Shown here in pieces: positions 10,880-25,600 of a DNA stretch of 64,000 nucleotides. The translations under genes were made by a program, and so were the position numbers. Every line of letters begins with the position of its first letter. Within the stretch, counting starts at the first letter, position 1. The notes under the pieces were generated by a model. It searched no databases. It was not told where the DNA came from and saw only the letters and a program-made list of their open reading frames with translations. Source of the stretch: Anaeramoeba ignava BMAN (Eukaryota; Protista; Anaeramoebae); the NCBI GenBank assembly GCA_028826165.1, contig JAPDFW010000022.1, forward strand, positions 186,001-250,000, given 5' to 3'.

Positions 10880-13800
10880 ATGTTTTCAACAAAAAAAAAT
10901 AAAGCACAAATTGAATTCACACATCCAGAAGATATATGGAAAGAAATGCCAGTTGAAAGAAATGGGATAATTCATAACTTACCATTGTTCCAATGCGGAG
11001 ATACAATTACAGGGATTGTTAGATTATCAGTTCCTTCAACAAAAACTCATCACACAGGAATTTATATGATGTTGATTGGTTCAATTGGTATTTATTTATT
11101 GATTTATTTCTGAAAAATTTATTTTCAAAAGAAATCCAAAATAAATTAAATAAATATTTTAATAATAAATTTAATAACAAATTTAATAATAATTTAATAA
11201 TAAATTTAATAACAAATTTAATAACAAATTTAATAACAAATTTAATAATAAATTTAATAATAAATTTAATAAATAACTTTATTAACAAATTTAATAATAA
11301 ATTTAATAATAAATTTAATAAATATTTTAATAACAAATTTAATAAATTTAATAACAAATTTAATAACAAATTTAATAACAAATTTAATAACAAATTTAAT
11401 AATTTTAATAATAATTTTAATAATAAATTTAATAATAATTTTAATAATAATTTAATAATAATTTTAATAATAAATTTAATAACAAATTTAATAATAAATT
11501 TATAAATAATTTTATAAACAAATTTAATAATAAATTTATAAATAATTTTATAACAAATTTATTAACAATTTAATAATAAATTTAATAAATAATTTAATAA
11601 CAAATTTAATAATAAATTTAATAATAAATTTAATAATAAATTTAATAATAAATTTAATAACAAATTTATAAATAATTTAATAATAAATTTATAAATAAAT
11701 TTAATAAATAATTTAATAATAAATTTAATAATAAATTTAATAACAAATTTAATAATAAATTTATTAACAAATTTAATAATTTTTAATAATAATTTTAATA
11801 ATAAATTTAATAATAAATTTAATAATAATTTTAATAATAAATTTAATAACAAATTTAATAACAAATTTAATAAATAATTTATAAATTAATTTAATAATAA
11901 TTTAATAACAAATTTAATAATAAATTTAATAATAATTTAATAATAAATTTAATAATAAATTTAATAACAAATTTAATAACAAATTTAATAATAAATTTAA
12001 TAACAAATTTAATAATAAATTTTAAATAAATTTTATAAACAAATTTAATAAATAATTTAATAATAAATTTAATAATAAATTTAATAATAAATTTAATAAT
12101 AAATTTAATAATAAATTTAATAATAAATTTAATAATAAATTTAATAATAAATTTAATAATAAATTTAATAATAAATTTAATAATAAATTTAATAATAAAT
12201 TTAATAACAAATTTAATAATAAATTTAATAACAATTTAATAATAATTTTAAAAATAATTTAATAATAAATTTAATAATAAATTTATAAATAATTTTAATA
12301 ATAATTTAATAATAAATTTAATAATAAATTTAATAATAAATTTATAAATAATTTTATAAACAAATTTAATAATAAATTTAATAATAAATTTAATAAATAA
12401 TTTAATAACAAATTTAATAATAATTTTATAAACAAATTTAATAATAAATTTATTAACAAATTTAATAAATAATTTAATAATAAATTTAATAATAATTTTA
12501 ATAATAATTTTAAAAATAATTTAATAATAATTTAATAACAAATTTAATAACAATTTTAATAATAAATTTAATAATAATTTTAAAAATAATTTAATAATAA
12601 ATTTATAAACAAATTTAATAACAAATTTAATAACAAATTTAATAATAATTTTAATAATAAATTTAATAACAAATTTAATAATAAATTTAATAATAAATTT
12701 AATAATAAATTTAATAATAAATTTAATAAATATTTTAATAATAAATTTAATAATAAATATAATCAATTTAATAATAAATTTAATAATAAATTTAATAAAT
12801 ATTTTAATAACAAATTTAATAATAAATTTAATAACAAATTTAATAATAATTTTTAATAACAAATTTAATAACAAATTTAAAAATAAATTTAATAACAAAT
12901 TTAATAATAAATTTAATAACAAATTTATAAATAATTTAATAATAAATTTAATAACAAATTTAATAATCAATTTTAATAATTTTAATAATAATTTTAATAA
13001 TAATTTTAATAATAAATTTTAATAATAAATTTAATAATAAATTTATAAATAATTTTAATAAATAATTTAATAATAATTTTAATAATAAATTTAATAACAA
13101 ATTTAATAATAAATTTAATAATAAATTTAATAATAAATTTAATAACAAATTTAATAATAAATTTAATAATAATTTTATAAATAATTTAATAATAAATTTA
13201 ATAATAAATTTAATAACAAATTTATAAACAAATTTAATAACAAATTTAATAACAAATTTAATAATAAATTTAATAACAAATTTATTAACAAATTTATTAA
13301 CAAATTTAATAATAAATTTAATAATAATTTTATTAACAAATTTAATAATAAATTTAATAATAATTTTTAATAATAAATTTAATAATAATTTTATTAACAA
13401 ATTTAATAATAAATTTAATAAATAATTTAATAACAAATTTAATAACAAATTTAATAACAAATTTAATAACAAATTTATTAATAAATTTATTAACAAATTT
13501 AATAATAAATTTAATAATTTTAATAATAATTTTAATAATAAATTTAATAATAAATTTAATAACAAATTTAATAATAAATTTATAAACAAATTTAATAACA
13601 AATTTAATAATAATTTTAAAAAGCAAATTTAAAAATTAATTGATCAAATTATTTTATTTATTCTTTTAGAGAAAAATAAAAAAAAACCATTTTTTTTTAT
13701 GGAATTAATTCAAGAATTAGCTCCTGAAGGAAATTTACAAGAATCTCAAACTTTTAAATTTGAATTTAAGAATGTTCAAGTAAAATATGAATCTTATAAT

Positions 13801-14832
13801 GGATTTCAAGTTAGACTTCGGTAATTTTAACTGAATAACTTTGTTTAAAAATTAAAATTAAAATCAAAATTAAATTTAAAATTAAAATTAAATTTAAAAT
13901 TAAAATTAAAATTAAATTAAAAATCAAATTAAATTTAAATTTAAAATTAAAATTAAAATTAAAATTAAAATTAAAATTAAAATTAAAATTAAAATTAAAA
14001 TTTAAAATTAAAATTAAAATTAAAATTAAAATTAAAATTGAATTAAATTAAAAATTAAATTAAAATTAAAATTGAATTAAATTAAAATTAAAATTAAAAT
14101 TAAAATTAAAATTAAAATTAAAATTAAAATTAAAATTAAATTTAAATTTAAATTTAAAATTAAATGAATTAGTTATTTTGTTCGATTAAAAATGACTCAA
14201 GGACAAACTAATTATCATAAAGATTCAGAATTTTGGATGATTCCTCCTTTTTCTCCACCTACAGTTGATACTTCAGTCATTAAAGAAATTGGAATACAAG
14301 ATATGGTTCATATTCAAGTAGAATATCTTCGTTCAAAGTATATTTTATTATCAATTATTTTTTATTTATTCATAATTAAAAATTAAAAATTAAAAATTGT
14401 TTTGAAAATTAAAAATTGTTTTGAAAATTAAAAATTGTTTTGAAAATTAAAAGATTTCATCTTAGAGATGTTGTGATTGGAAGAATTCTCTTCTTACTTT
14501 CAAGAATCAAATTAGAAAAAATTATACTTGGAGTAATTAAAAGAGAAATATCAGGAAAAACAATCAAATCTCAAAAAATAGAAACATTTGAAATACTTGA
14601 TGGAAGTCCTGATAAAGGTGATAGCATTCCTATAAGACTTTTTTTAGAACAATTTCCTCTCACTCCAACATTTAATAAAGTCCAAAAGAAATTTAGTGTT
14701 AGATATTTCTTGAATTTGCTTCTTATTGATGAACAAGGAAAAAGATATGTTACTGAATCTGAAATTTTTCTTTATCGGAATTTTACTCCAAAAAATGTCA
14801 AAATTATAAGAAAAGTGGATCAAGAAAAATAG
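10880..14832 (+). CDS. VPS26: Retromer subunit VPS26 (A/B type); exons 10880-11087, 13670-13820, 14173-14337, 14454-14832; 300 aa
   Basis: YESYNGFQVRLRYFVR, EIGIQDMVHIQVEY...KFHLRDVVIGRILFLL, FEILDGSP-KGDSIPIRLFL, FSVRYFLNLLLIDEQGKRY. Splice phases give a continuous frame. Confidence 0.95.
11150..13620. repeat. 12-bp satellite (AAATTTAATAAY)n filling VPS26 intron 1 (11088-13669)
   Basis: Direct reading; source of the spurious LLLN/FIIK ORFs. Confidence 0.95.
13845..14165. repeat. (TTAAAA)n microsatellite in VPS26 intron 2
   Basis: Direct reading. Confidence 0.95.
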
Positions 14833-15062
14833 CAAATCATTTAATTTTGCTTCTTTTTTATTTCTTAAAATATTTTTCTTTATTTTTCATTGTTAATTCA
14901 TTATTATTATTTTTATAATATTTTTTTTTCTTTTTCTTTAACAAAAAAAAGGAACACACAATAAGGAATTAATGAAAATTAATTACTTTGAAAATGAAGA
15001 AAATATTTAAAATTTAAAATTCAAAAAACCATTTTTCTTTTCTTTTTTATTTTCTGATTAAA

Positions 15063-16166
15063 ATGAAAATCAAATTCACTCTTTTTTTCTCTTCTCTAAC
15101 ATCAATTTTCTTTATTATTTTTTGGTTTAAATCATTCACTTCATTTTATTCTTTTCAACTTCATTCAAATTCATCAATTAGAATTGCAATTCTTGCAGAT
15201 CCACAAATGGAAGGAGATAGTAGAATACTTTCACAAGGAATTTATGGTGAAATGAATAATAAAATGAATGATTTGTATTATAAATGGATTGCAAATGGAA
15301 TTCATAATTTTATATTTCCAAACAAAGTGGTTATTTTAGGAGATATTTTTTCATTTCAAAGAACATCAAATCAAGAATTCAATCGAAGAATTGAAAGATT
15401 TAATAATATTTTCGAATTGATTCAAAAAAATAAATCAATAGAATTAATAACAATGGCTGGAAATCATGATATTGGATATGGAATTGAATGTGTCCCATTT
15501 ATTATTGAAAGATTTGAAAAAAATTTTAATAAATTAAACATTGAAATGAATGAATCAAATCATATTTTTGCTTTTCTAAATAATATTCCATTAGATGGTT
15601 CATTAAATGAAATTGAAAAATCAAAAACTTGGGATTTTGTTTTGAAATTAAGTGAAGTTACGAATGAAAAACCAATCATTTTATTTATGCATATTCCACT
15701 TTATAAACCAAAAGGAAGTTGTCCAGGAGATTCAACTCTTGATCAATTTGAATCTATAATATCTAAAAATGCAGTTGTTGAACAAAATTTACTTTCAGAA
15801 GAAAATTCTAAATTTATTCTTGAAAAAATCAAACCCAAATTAATTTTTACTGGACATGATCATTATGGATGTATTTATAAACATGAAAAAAATAATGAAA
15901 ATAATTATATTTTTGAATATACTTTAAGATCTATTCTTGGAGATTTTGGAGGAGGATTTGTTACTCTTGAAATTGAAGAAAATTCATTTTCTTTAAATCA
16001 AAAATATAATTATTATGTTTCTCATTTTCCATTTCCAACAATAATGAATATTACAATTATTTTAATTTGGTTTTTAATTTCATTTTTAGTTTTGATTTTT
16101 GGATTTTGTTTATCAATTTATCAATTTATTTTTATTAAAAAAGAACAAAAAGAAAAAAAAGAATAA
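15063..16166 (+). CDS. Ted1/PGAP5 (MPPE1-family) ER metallophosphoesterase, GPI remodelling
   Basis: N- and C-terminal TM segments; ADPQ, LGDIFS, AGNHDIGY, HIPLYK, TGHDHYGC, RSILGDFGG motifs; C-terminal dilysine-like KEKKE. Confidence 0.9.
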   Translation: MKIKFTLFFSSLTSIFFIIFWFKSFTSFYSFQLHSNSSIRIAILADPQMEGDSRILSQGIYGEMNNKMNDLYYKWIANGIHNFIFPNKVVILGDIFSFQRTSNQEFNRRIERFNNIFELIQKNKSIELITMAGNHDIGYGIECVPFIIERFEKNFNKLNIEMNESNHIFAFLNNIPLDGSLNEIEKSKTWDFVLKLSEVTNEKPIILFMHIPLYKPKGSCPGDSTLDQFESIISKNAVVEQNLLSEENSKFILEKIKPKLIFTGHDHYGCIYKHEKNNENNYIFEYTLRSILGDFGGGFVTLEIEENSFSLNQKYNYYVSHFPFPTIMNITIILIWFLISFLVLIFGFCLSIYQFIFIKKEQKEKKE

Positions 16167-16208
16167 AAATCCAAAAATTCATTTTTTCATTTTTTTTCTT
16201 TTCAAAAA

Positions 16209-17978
16209 ATGAATGAAATTTTATTTTTTGGTGAGAATCAATACCCAATTTTTTTAGAAAATGAACCAGAAAAAATAAGAAAACCAATTCAATTTAAATT
16301 TGAAAATGAAAATGAAAATGAAAATGAAAAACAAATTAAACAAATTTCAACAGGTTATTTTTCAACAATTTTCCTTTTTGAAAATGGAAAAGCAATAGAA
16401 TATTTAAGAGAAAATGATTCAAATCAAAATCCCTGAAAAATCCAAATTGAAAATATTCAAAAAGTAACTGTTGGTTTTCAAAATGAAGCTATTTTAACAA
16501 TAGAAGGAAATGTATTTGCAAAAGGAGAAGATATTAATCCAGAAAATCCAAATAAATTTATCAATATTTCATCATTAATTGAAGATACAAATGATAGAAT
16601 AATTCAAGATATTGTTTCTGGAGCTCTTGCAATTTACTTATTAACTTCAAATCAAAATGTTTATGGAATTGGTTCAAATGAATTTTGCCAACTTGGTTTT
16701 GATTCTGAAACACTTCCAAAAACAGAAAAACCAATTTTAATAATGAAAAATGTTTCTAAAATATTTTCAAGTCACTATTCTTTTCATGTTTTTCTTTTAA
16801 ATTCAAATCAAGAATTATTTGGATGCGGAGATAATATATATGGTCAAATTGGATTAGGAAAATCAAGAAGAGAAGAAGAAGAAAAAGTCCAAAAACTAAC
16901 CAAAATCCAAAATATTCCAAAAGGTAAAATAATTGATATTCAATCTGGATTCCATCATTCAATAATGTTGATTGAAGATGAAGAAGAAAATCAAAATCCA
17001 AAAAGAAAACTTTATTCATGTGGAGATTATCGGTATAATGGACTTGGCAAAAATAAAGATACTTATGAATTTACTGAAATCAAATCATCTTTATTTGAAA
17101 ATGATAATATTATTCTTGATTTTTCTGTTGGAAATACTTATACTTTGATTTTAACTTCTAATTCAAAACTAATTGGATTTGGACATAATTATTGGAATCA
17201 ATTAGTAATTGGAAATACAGAATATCAATTAATTCCAATTCAAATTGAACTTCCTAAATTAAGATTTAATGAAGATATTTCTAATTATCATATTTCTTGT
17301 GGATATCGAAAATCATTTCTTTATTATTCTCCTCCTTTTTCTAATCTTGAAGAAGATTTGATAAAATTATTTAGAAGGAAAGAATTTTGCAATATTTCAT
17401 TTAAAACAGAAAATGGAGAAATAATTTCAGCTCATAAATTAATATTGAAATATAGATTAAATCAAAATCAATATGAAAAACTTCAAGAAATTATTTCAAA
17501 AAAATCAATTAAAGAATCAAATCAAATATTTGAAATGATTTATTCAAACAGAATAATAAATCCAAAATTATATTCTGAAATTAAAGAAATTATAAATTCA
17601 AATGAAAAAATTGAAGAAACAATGAAAAGAATTTATTTAAATGAAAATGAAAATGAAAATGAAAAAGATTTTATAATTGAAAGAAAAGAAAAACAATATA
17701 AATTTCCAAAATTAATATTAATAATGAGAAGTGAATTATATCGAGGAATGTTTTTATCTGTAACAAATGATACTTCTAATAAAGTTACAGATTATAGTGA
17801 ATTAAGTAATAAATCATTTCAAATATTTGAATATTGGATTTATTCAAATCAAATTAAAGATGAAATTGAAATTACAAAAGAAATAATTAATGAAATTAAA
17901 ATTGGAATTGATTATTTTCAATTAAATCAAACAAATCCAAATTTATTTGATTTATTAATTAAGAAATTTAATAATTAA
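16209..17978 (+). CDS. RCC1-BTB paralogue copy 1 (+1 frameshift at ~16432)
   Basis: Colinear with intact copies; CCCTGA vs CCTGAA; intronless. Confidence 0.9.
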
Positions 17979-18392
17979 AATTAAAATTAAAATTAAAATT
18001 AAAATTAAAATCAAAATTAAAATTGAAATTAAAATTACAATTAAAATTAAAAATCAAAATTAAAATTAAAATTAAAATTAAAATTAAAATCAAAATCAAA
18101 ATTAAAATTAAAATTAAAATCAAAATTAAAATTAAAATTAAAATTAAAATTAAAAAATTTAAAATTAAAATTAAAATTAAAATTAAAATTAAAATTAAAA
18201 TTAAAATTAAAATTAAAATCAAAATCAAAATTAAAATTAAAATTAAAATTAAAATTAAAATTAAAATTAAAATTAAAATTAAAATTAAAATTAAAATTAA
18301 AATTAAAATCAAAATCAAAATCAAAATCAAAAATTAAAATTAAAATTAAAATTAAAATTAAAATTAAAATTAAAATTAAAATTAAAATTAAA
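17975..18392. repeat. (TTAAAA/TCAAAA)n spacer
   Basis: Starts at the stop codon of copy 1 and ends at the promoter of copy 2. Confidence 0.95.
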
Positions 18393-18430
18393 ATCCAAAA
18401 ATTCATTTTTTCATTTTTTTCTTTTCAAAA

Positions 18431-20186
18431 ATGAATGAAATTTTATTTTTTGGTCAAAATGATTATCCAAAACTTATAAAAAATAAACCAAATAAAATAA
18501 AGAAATTAATGCAATTTCATCTACAAAATGAAAAACAAATTAAACAAATTTCATCAGGAAATTCTTCAACAATTTTCCTTTTTAAAAATGGAAAAGCAAT
18601 AGAATATTTAAATGAAGATGATTCAAAACAAAATCCTCATGAAATCCAAATTGAAGAAAATATTCAAAAAGTATCTGCTGGTCATCGAAATGAAGCTATT
18701 TTAACAATAGAAGGAAATGTATTTGCAAAAGGATTTGATATTAATCCAAAAAGATCAAAAGAATTTATCAATATTTCATCATTAATTGAAGATACAAATG
18801 ATAGAATAATTCAAGATATTGTTTCTGGATATGATTCAATTTACTTATTAACTTCAAATCAAAATGTTTACGGAATTGGTTCAAATCGATCTTCTCAACT
18901 TGGTTTTGATTCTGAAACACTTGAAAAAACAGAAAAACCAATTTTAATAATGAAAAATGTTTCTAAAATATTTTCAGGAAATTCTTCAATTCATGTTTTT
19001 CTTTTAAATTCAAATTCAAGAATTATTTGGATTCGGATATAATCATTGGAGTCAACTTGGATTAGGAGAATCAAGAAAAGAAGAAAGAATCCAAAAATTA
19101 ACCAAAATCCAAAATATTCCAAAAGGTAAAATAATTGATATTCAAATTGGATGGGCTCATTCAATAATGTTGATTGAAGATGAAGATGAAAATGAAAATC
19201 CAAAAAGAAAACTTTATTCATGTGGAGATTATCGAGTAAATGGACTTGGCAAAAATAAAATTACTTATGAATTCACTGAAATCAAATCATCCTTATTTGA
19301 AAATGATGATATTATTGAATTTTCTGTTGGAAATACTCATACTTTGGTTTTAACATCCAATTCAAAATTGATTGTATTTGGAAGTAATTATTTTGGTCAA
19401 TTAGGAACTGGAAATAGAGAAGATCAATTAACCCCAATTCAAATTGAACTTCCTAAATTAAGATTTAATGAAGATATTTCTAATTATCATGTTCTTTGTG
19501 GAAATTCAACTTCATTTATTTATTATTCTCCTTTTCTTTCTTCTGTTTCTAATCTTGAAGAAGATTTGATAAAATTATTTGAAAGGAAAGAATTCTGCAA
19601 TATTTCATTTAAAACCAAAAATGGAGAAATAATTGAAGCTCATAAATTAATATTGAAATATAGATTAAATCAAAATCAAAATCAAATTGAAAAACTTCAA
19701 GAAATTATTTCAAAAAAATCAATTAAAGAATCAAATCAAATATTTGAAATGATTTATTCAAACAAAATAATAAATCCAAAATTATATTTTGAAATTAAAG
19801 AAATTATAAATTCAAATGAAAAAATTGAAGAAACAATGAAAAGAATTTATTTAAATGAAAATGAAAATGAAAAAGATTTTATAATTGAAAGAAATGAAAA
19901 ACAATATAAATTTCCAAAATTAATATTAATAATGAGAAGTGAATTATATCGAGGAATGTTTTTATCTGTAACAGAAGATACTTCAAATAAAGTTACAGAT
20001 TATAGTGAATTAAGTAATAAATCATTTCAAATATTTGAATATTGGATTTATTCAAATCAAATTAAAGAAGGAATTGAAATTACACAAGAAATGATTGATG
20101 AAATTAAAATTGGAATTGATTATTTTCAATTAAATCAAACAAATCCAAATTTATTTGATTTATTAATTAAGAAATTTAATAATTAA
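18431..20186 (+). CDS. RCC1-BTB paralogue copy 2 (+1 frameshift at ~19015)
   Basis: TCAAATTCAAG vs TCAAATCAAG; the RCC1 half is nearly identical to copy 3. Confidence 0.9.
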
Positions 20187-20418
20187 AATTAAAATTAAAA
20201 TTAAAATTAAAATTAAAATTAAAATCAAAATTAAAATTAAAATTAAAATTAAAATTAAAATTAAAATTAAAATTAAAAATCAAAATTAAAATTAAAATTA
20301 AAATCAAAATTAAAATTAAAATTAAAATTAAAATCAAAATTAAAATTAAAATTAAAATTAAAATTAAAAATAAAAACAAAATTAAAATTAAAATTCAAAT
20401 TAAAATTAAAATTAAAAT
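20183..20418. repeat. (TTAAAA)n spacer
   Basis: Direct reading. Confidence 0.95.
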
Positions 20419-20456
20419 CCAAAAATTCATTTTTTCATTTTTTTTCTTTTTCAAAA

Positions 20457-22217
20457 ATGAATGAAATTATATTTTTTGGTCAAAATGATTATCCAAAACT
20501 TATAAAAAATAAACCAAATAAAATAAAGAAATTAATGCAATTTCATCTACAAAATGAAAATGAAAAACAAATTAAACAAATTTCATCAGGAAATTCTTCA
20601 ACAATTTTCCTTTTTGAAAATGGAAAAGGAATAGAATATTTAAATGAAGATGATTCAAAACAAAATCCTCATGAAATTCAAATTGAAAATATTCAAAAAG
20701 TATCTGTTGGTCATCGAAATGAAGCTATTTTAACAATAGAAGGAAATGTATTTGCAAAAGGATTTGATATTAATCCAAAAAGATCAAAAGAATTTATCAA
20801 TATTTCATCATTAATTGAAAATAAAAATGATAGAATAATTCAAGATATTGTTTCTGGATATGATTCAATTTACTTATTAACTTCAAATCAAAATGTTTAC
20901 GGAATTGGTTCAAATCGATCTTCTCAACTTGGTTTTGATTCTGAAACACTTGAAAAAACAGAAAAACCAATTTTAATAATGAAAAATGTTTCTAAAATAT
21001 TTTCAGGAAATTCTTCAATTCATGTTTTTCTTTTAAATTCAAATCAAGAATTATTTGGATTCGGATATAATCATTGGAGTCAACTTGGATTAGGAGAATC
21101 AAGAAAAGAAGAAAGAATCCAAAAATTAACCAAAATCCAAAATATTCCAAAAGGTAAAATAATTGATATTCAAATTGGATGGGCTCATTCAATAATGTTG
21201 ATTGAAGATGAAGATGAAAATGAAAATCCAAAAAGAAAACTTTATTCATGTGGAGATTATCGAGTAAATGGACTTGGCAAAAATAAAATTACTTATGAAT
21301 TCACTGAAATCAAATCATCCTTATTTGAAAATGATGATAATATTATTGAATTTTCTGTTGGAAATACTCATACTTTGGTTTTAACATCCAATTCAAAACT
21401 AATTGGATTTGGAAGTAATTATTTTGGTCAATTAGGAACTGGAAATAGAGAAGATCAATTAACCCCAATTCAAATTGAACTTCCTAAATTAAGATTTAAT
21501 GAAAATATTTCTAATTATCATGTTCTTTGTGGAAATTCAACTTCATTTATTTATTATTCTCCTTTTCTTTCTTCTGTTTCTAATCTTGAAGAAGATTTGA
21601 TAAAATTATTTAGAAGAAAAGAATTCTGTGATATTTCATTTAAAACCGAAAATGGAGAAATAATTGAAGCTCATAAATTAATATTGAAATATAGATTAAA
21701 TCAAAATGAAAATCAAATTGAAAAACTTCAAGAAATTATTTCAAAAAAATCAATTAAAGAATCAAATCAAATATTTGAAATGATTTATTCAAACAAAATA
21801 ATAAATCCAAAATTATATTCTGAAATTAAAGAAATTATAAATTTAAATGAAAAAATTGAAGAAACAATGAAAAGAATTTATTTAAATGAAAATGAAAAAG
21901 ATTTTATTATTGAAAGAAAAGAAAAACAATATAAATTTCCAAAATTAATATTAATAATGAGAAGTGAATTATATCGAGGAATGTTTTTATCTGTAACAAA
22001 CGATAAATCAAATAAAGTTACAGATTATAGTGAATTAAGTAATAATTCATTTCAAATATTTGAATATTGGATTTATTCAAATCAAATTAAAGATGAAATT
22101 CAAATTACACAAGAAATGATTGATGAAATTAAAATTGGAATTGATTATTTTCAATTAAATCAAACAAATCCAAATTTATTTGATTTATTAATTAAAAAAT
22201 TTAATAATCAAAATTAA
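20457..22217 (+). CDS. RCC1-BTB paralogue copy 3, intact, 586 aa
   Basis: RCC1 repeats (GxNxxxQLG, IQIGWAHS, VGNTHT) followed by two BTB-like domains (FCDISF...IEAHKLIL; KDFII...FPKLILIMRSELYRGMF...FEYWIYS). Confidence 0.95.
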   Translation: MNEIIFFGQNDYPKLIKNKPNKIKKLMQFHLQNENEKQIKQISSGNSSTIFLFENGKGIEYLNEDDSKQNPHEIQIENIQKVSVGHRNEAILTIEGNVFAKGFDINPKRSKEFINISSLIENKNDRIIQDIVSGYDSIYLLTSNQNVYGIGSNRSSQLGFDSETLEKTEKPILIMKNVSKIFSGNSSIHVFLLNSNQELFGFGYNHWSQLGLGESRKEERIQKLTKIQNIPKGKIIDIQIGWAHSIMLIEDEDENENPKRKLYSCGDYRVNGLGKNKITYEFTEIKSSLFENDDNIIEFSVGNTHTLVLTSNSKLIGFGSNYFGQLGTGNREDQLTPIQIELPKLRFNENISNYHVLCGNSTSFIYYSPFLSSVSNLEEDLIKLFRRKEFCDISFKTENGEIIEAHKLILKYRLNQNENQIEKLQEIISKKSIKESNQIFEMIYSNKIINPKLYSEIKEIINLNEKIEETMKRIYLNENEKDFIIERKEKQYKFPKLILIMRSELYRGMFLSVTNDKSNKVTDYSELSNNSFQIFEYWIYSNQIKDEIQITQEMIDEIKIGIDYFQLNQTNPNLFDLLIKKFNNQN

Positions 22218-22475
22218 AATTAAAATTAAAATTAAAATTAAAATTAAAATTAAAATTAAAATTAAAATTAAAATTAAAATCAAAATTAAAATTAAAATCA
22301 AAATCAAAATTGAAATTAAAATTACAATTAAAATCAAAATTAAAAACAAAATTAAAATTAAATTCAAATCAAAATTAAAATTAAAATTAAAATTAAAATC
22401 AAAATCAAAATTAAAATCAAAAATTAAAATTAAAATCAAAATTAAAATTAAAAATTAAAAATCAAAATTAAAATT
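22210..22475. repeat. (TTAAAA/TCAAAA)n tail
   Basis: Direct reading. Confidence 0.93.
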
Positions 22476-22607
22476 GCTTCTTTTTTATTTAAAAATCTCA
22501 AGGAAGAAAAAATTTTTGGAATTGATCATTTTCCTCTTTTGTTGATGATTTTGCAAATTATTGAGAAGGAATTTAAATTTAAATTTGATTTTTTTTTAGG
22601 GTTTGAA

Positions 22608-25600
22608 TTAAATATCATTTGAAAGTTCCATTTCTTTTTCTTGGTTGTTTTCTTTTTGGTTTTTTTTTGAACGATTTCGAATCCATATAATAATGATAAT
22701 AATAATTGCAATTCCAACAATAGGAACAATTATTGATGGCACGACTACTTTCAGATCTGTAGAACTTTCACTTGTTTCTTCTGTTGTTGGACTGAGTGTT
22801 GTAATCGAAACTGTTGAAGGTAATCCTGTATATTCATTTGTTTCACATCTCCAATCACTTGATGCAAAAATGGAAATTTCATAATTCACTCCTGGAATTA
22901 AATTGAAAATTGAAATTTCATTCATTAATTTGGAAATGCAAATTGTTTGTGAATCATAGGTTAATCCATATCCTCTTAATCCTGATGATAATTCCATTAA
23001 CTCCCATTCACAATGAAATCCAGAAAGCGTTCCATTACAAAAAAATGAAGTTATATTCCCTAATTTGGATTTGATTAAAATTGGTGTATTTGGTATTCCT
23101 GCATATTCTATTGTGCAATTTAGATCAGAGCATCCTCGAATGGAAACATAATAGTCTACGTTTCCTGGTAATTTATTGACTGTTCCAATCATTTCATCTT
23201 CGTTTGAGTTTAATGTGGTAAAATTCAACCAACTTATTCTCCCATCAACAGAAATTAAATAAGATTTGGCTTGTGTGATTTTTGAGAAAATGATCTCAAT
23301 TTCTTCAATTTTGGAATTTAATTGAATAATTGATGGAGATGGAATATAATCTGTTTTGATTGAGGTTGTTGAAGATAATCCTGAATATCCATTTGATTGA
23401 CAATTTAGGCTATCTGATGCAGTTATTGAAATTTCATAATCTTTTCCACTAAACAAATCTGAAATTGAAATATTAGCTGCGGATTTGTCCAAGCACCTTG
23501 ATTCTGAATTGTAAGTGAATAAATATGCTTCCAATCCATCTGATAATACTAATTCATCCCAGGCACATTCAAATCCACAAACTATCGGATTACAATTAAA
23601 CGAAGTAACGTTACCTAATTTGGGTTGAACAACAATTTCTTGGCTCATTTCTCCTAAATATTGACTTTGGCATATAACTTGAGTGCATCCAAAAAGATAA
23701 ATATAATAAGGGATATTTCCACTCAAATTTTCAAGCGTTCCAATCATTTCTGTTCCATTTGATATTAACGATGAGAAAGGTAACCACTCCATTTCATCAA
23801 TAAGGAGAATATATGATTTTGCCTTGGGAACTGGAGTGAAAATGATTTCAATTGCCTCAATTTCAGGAATTGCTTCAATAATATTTGGGCCTGGAATATT
23901 TAAACTATCAAGGTTTGCTAATGAAGAGTTTCCACAACCTGATTGATTTGTTTCACAGGCAGAAATAGATATATGATATAATTCATCAGGAATAGAAACT
24001 GAGAAGGATATATTCAATTCAGTTGTTTGTAAAGTGTTTTCATCTCCATATGAGTCTGATTGATAATAGATCTTATAGTACGGAGAAGTGTGAAGAATGT
24101 CAGGCGGAAACCAAGAACAATTAATAACTAAAGGAACTAATGAAGAGCATTGAAAATCATTAACAGGACCCATTAAGACATCAACTTCTCCAACAATGAT
24201 TTCTCCTCTAGCATCATCTGTGCATTCAGGAGTTGAACAAGCCCACATTGAAATTTCACAACTATAGCCAGATTCCAAATTATTAATTTGATAAGAACTT
24301 TCTGAATTGGAAAGATTCTGATATACAGTATCCTCCATCCACTCACATTTATGACCCAATACATAATGATCAAGATCGGGAAGATCATCAATCAACTTCA
24401 CATTCGGAGGAAGCCAGGATACCTCAATACACCCTAACCCTCCAGTCAATTTAAAATCTTCAACACCACCAATACGTGCCACAACCTGCACTAAATATGA
24501 TGGATACCCACATCCCTCTGACGTAAAATTACAAGCCCTGATTTGAACTGAATATTCCTGATTCCCATACAATCCAGAATAATTTGAAGAGGTAAATAAT
24601 TGATAGAACTGATTGCTTACTGTATCAAACATTGGATCTTGTACCTCAAACCAGCCATTTCCATAATTAATTAAGAAATGAAGAGAGATATTGTTTTCAG
24701 GTTGAGTCCAATTACATTGAAATCCTGAATATTCAGGAGAGCAATTCACAAAAGTAACTTCAGGTTTAGAATCAGGAGTAGGATTTGTATAAAACATCAC
24801 TTTTCCTTCTTGTGGAGCCGAAATAAAAGAAGTATCCCCTAAAAGAGAAATGCTTGTACCAAAACTAGCTGGACCTGAAAGTACTAATTTTTCTTCCCAA
24901 TCAGAACCAGAATACCAATAAATATATACCTTGTTTGTGAAATTAGCACCAACAAAAAGTGTATTTCCATCTTCAGAAATTGCAACGGAACTACCAAAGT
25001 TTGAAAGATCTCCAATAAGTACTTTTTCTTCGACCCAATTATTTCCAGTTTTTCGATAAATCACAGTTGTATTTGAAAGCATGGCAGCAACAACAAACAC
25101 ATTTCCACCACTAGAAATTGCAAGATCATTCCCAAATCCATCCAAATCAGACTCGATGTGAGAAATATAATCTATTGAACTCGTCGTAGCTGAAAGAATA
25201 TAAACCTTATTAACAAAATAACAAGAAGCAATGATAATAGCTGGATTTTCAGAAATCGCAACACTATTCCCAAGCCCTTCATCCATCCCACCTCCATAAC
25301 TCCCTGCTAATTTGTTTTCATAAATAGAACCTACGGCAGTGAAAGCAGGTGCCCCAAACACATAAAGTCGCAAAGTGTTTGAAAGTACGAGGTTCCAACC
25401 TAAACCAGGTCCCAAATCATCCTCCAATTTCCATGATCCATAGTCAGTGCGTTCGTATTGTGAACCATTAAAAAAAAACAAACTGAAACCTGATTCAGGA
25501 CCATTCCCCACACCCAACATACTACTATCTTGTGAAATGGCAGAACTCCATCCAAAATGACTCCAATGAGTAAAACTTTGAAAAGAAGTCCAGCTTCCAT

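Noticed and set aside
11019-13626. LLLN/FIIK-repeat ORFs
   Set aside because: Antisense translations of the 12-bp satellite inside VPS26 intron 1.
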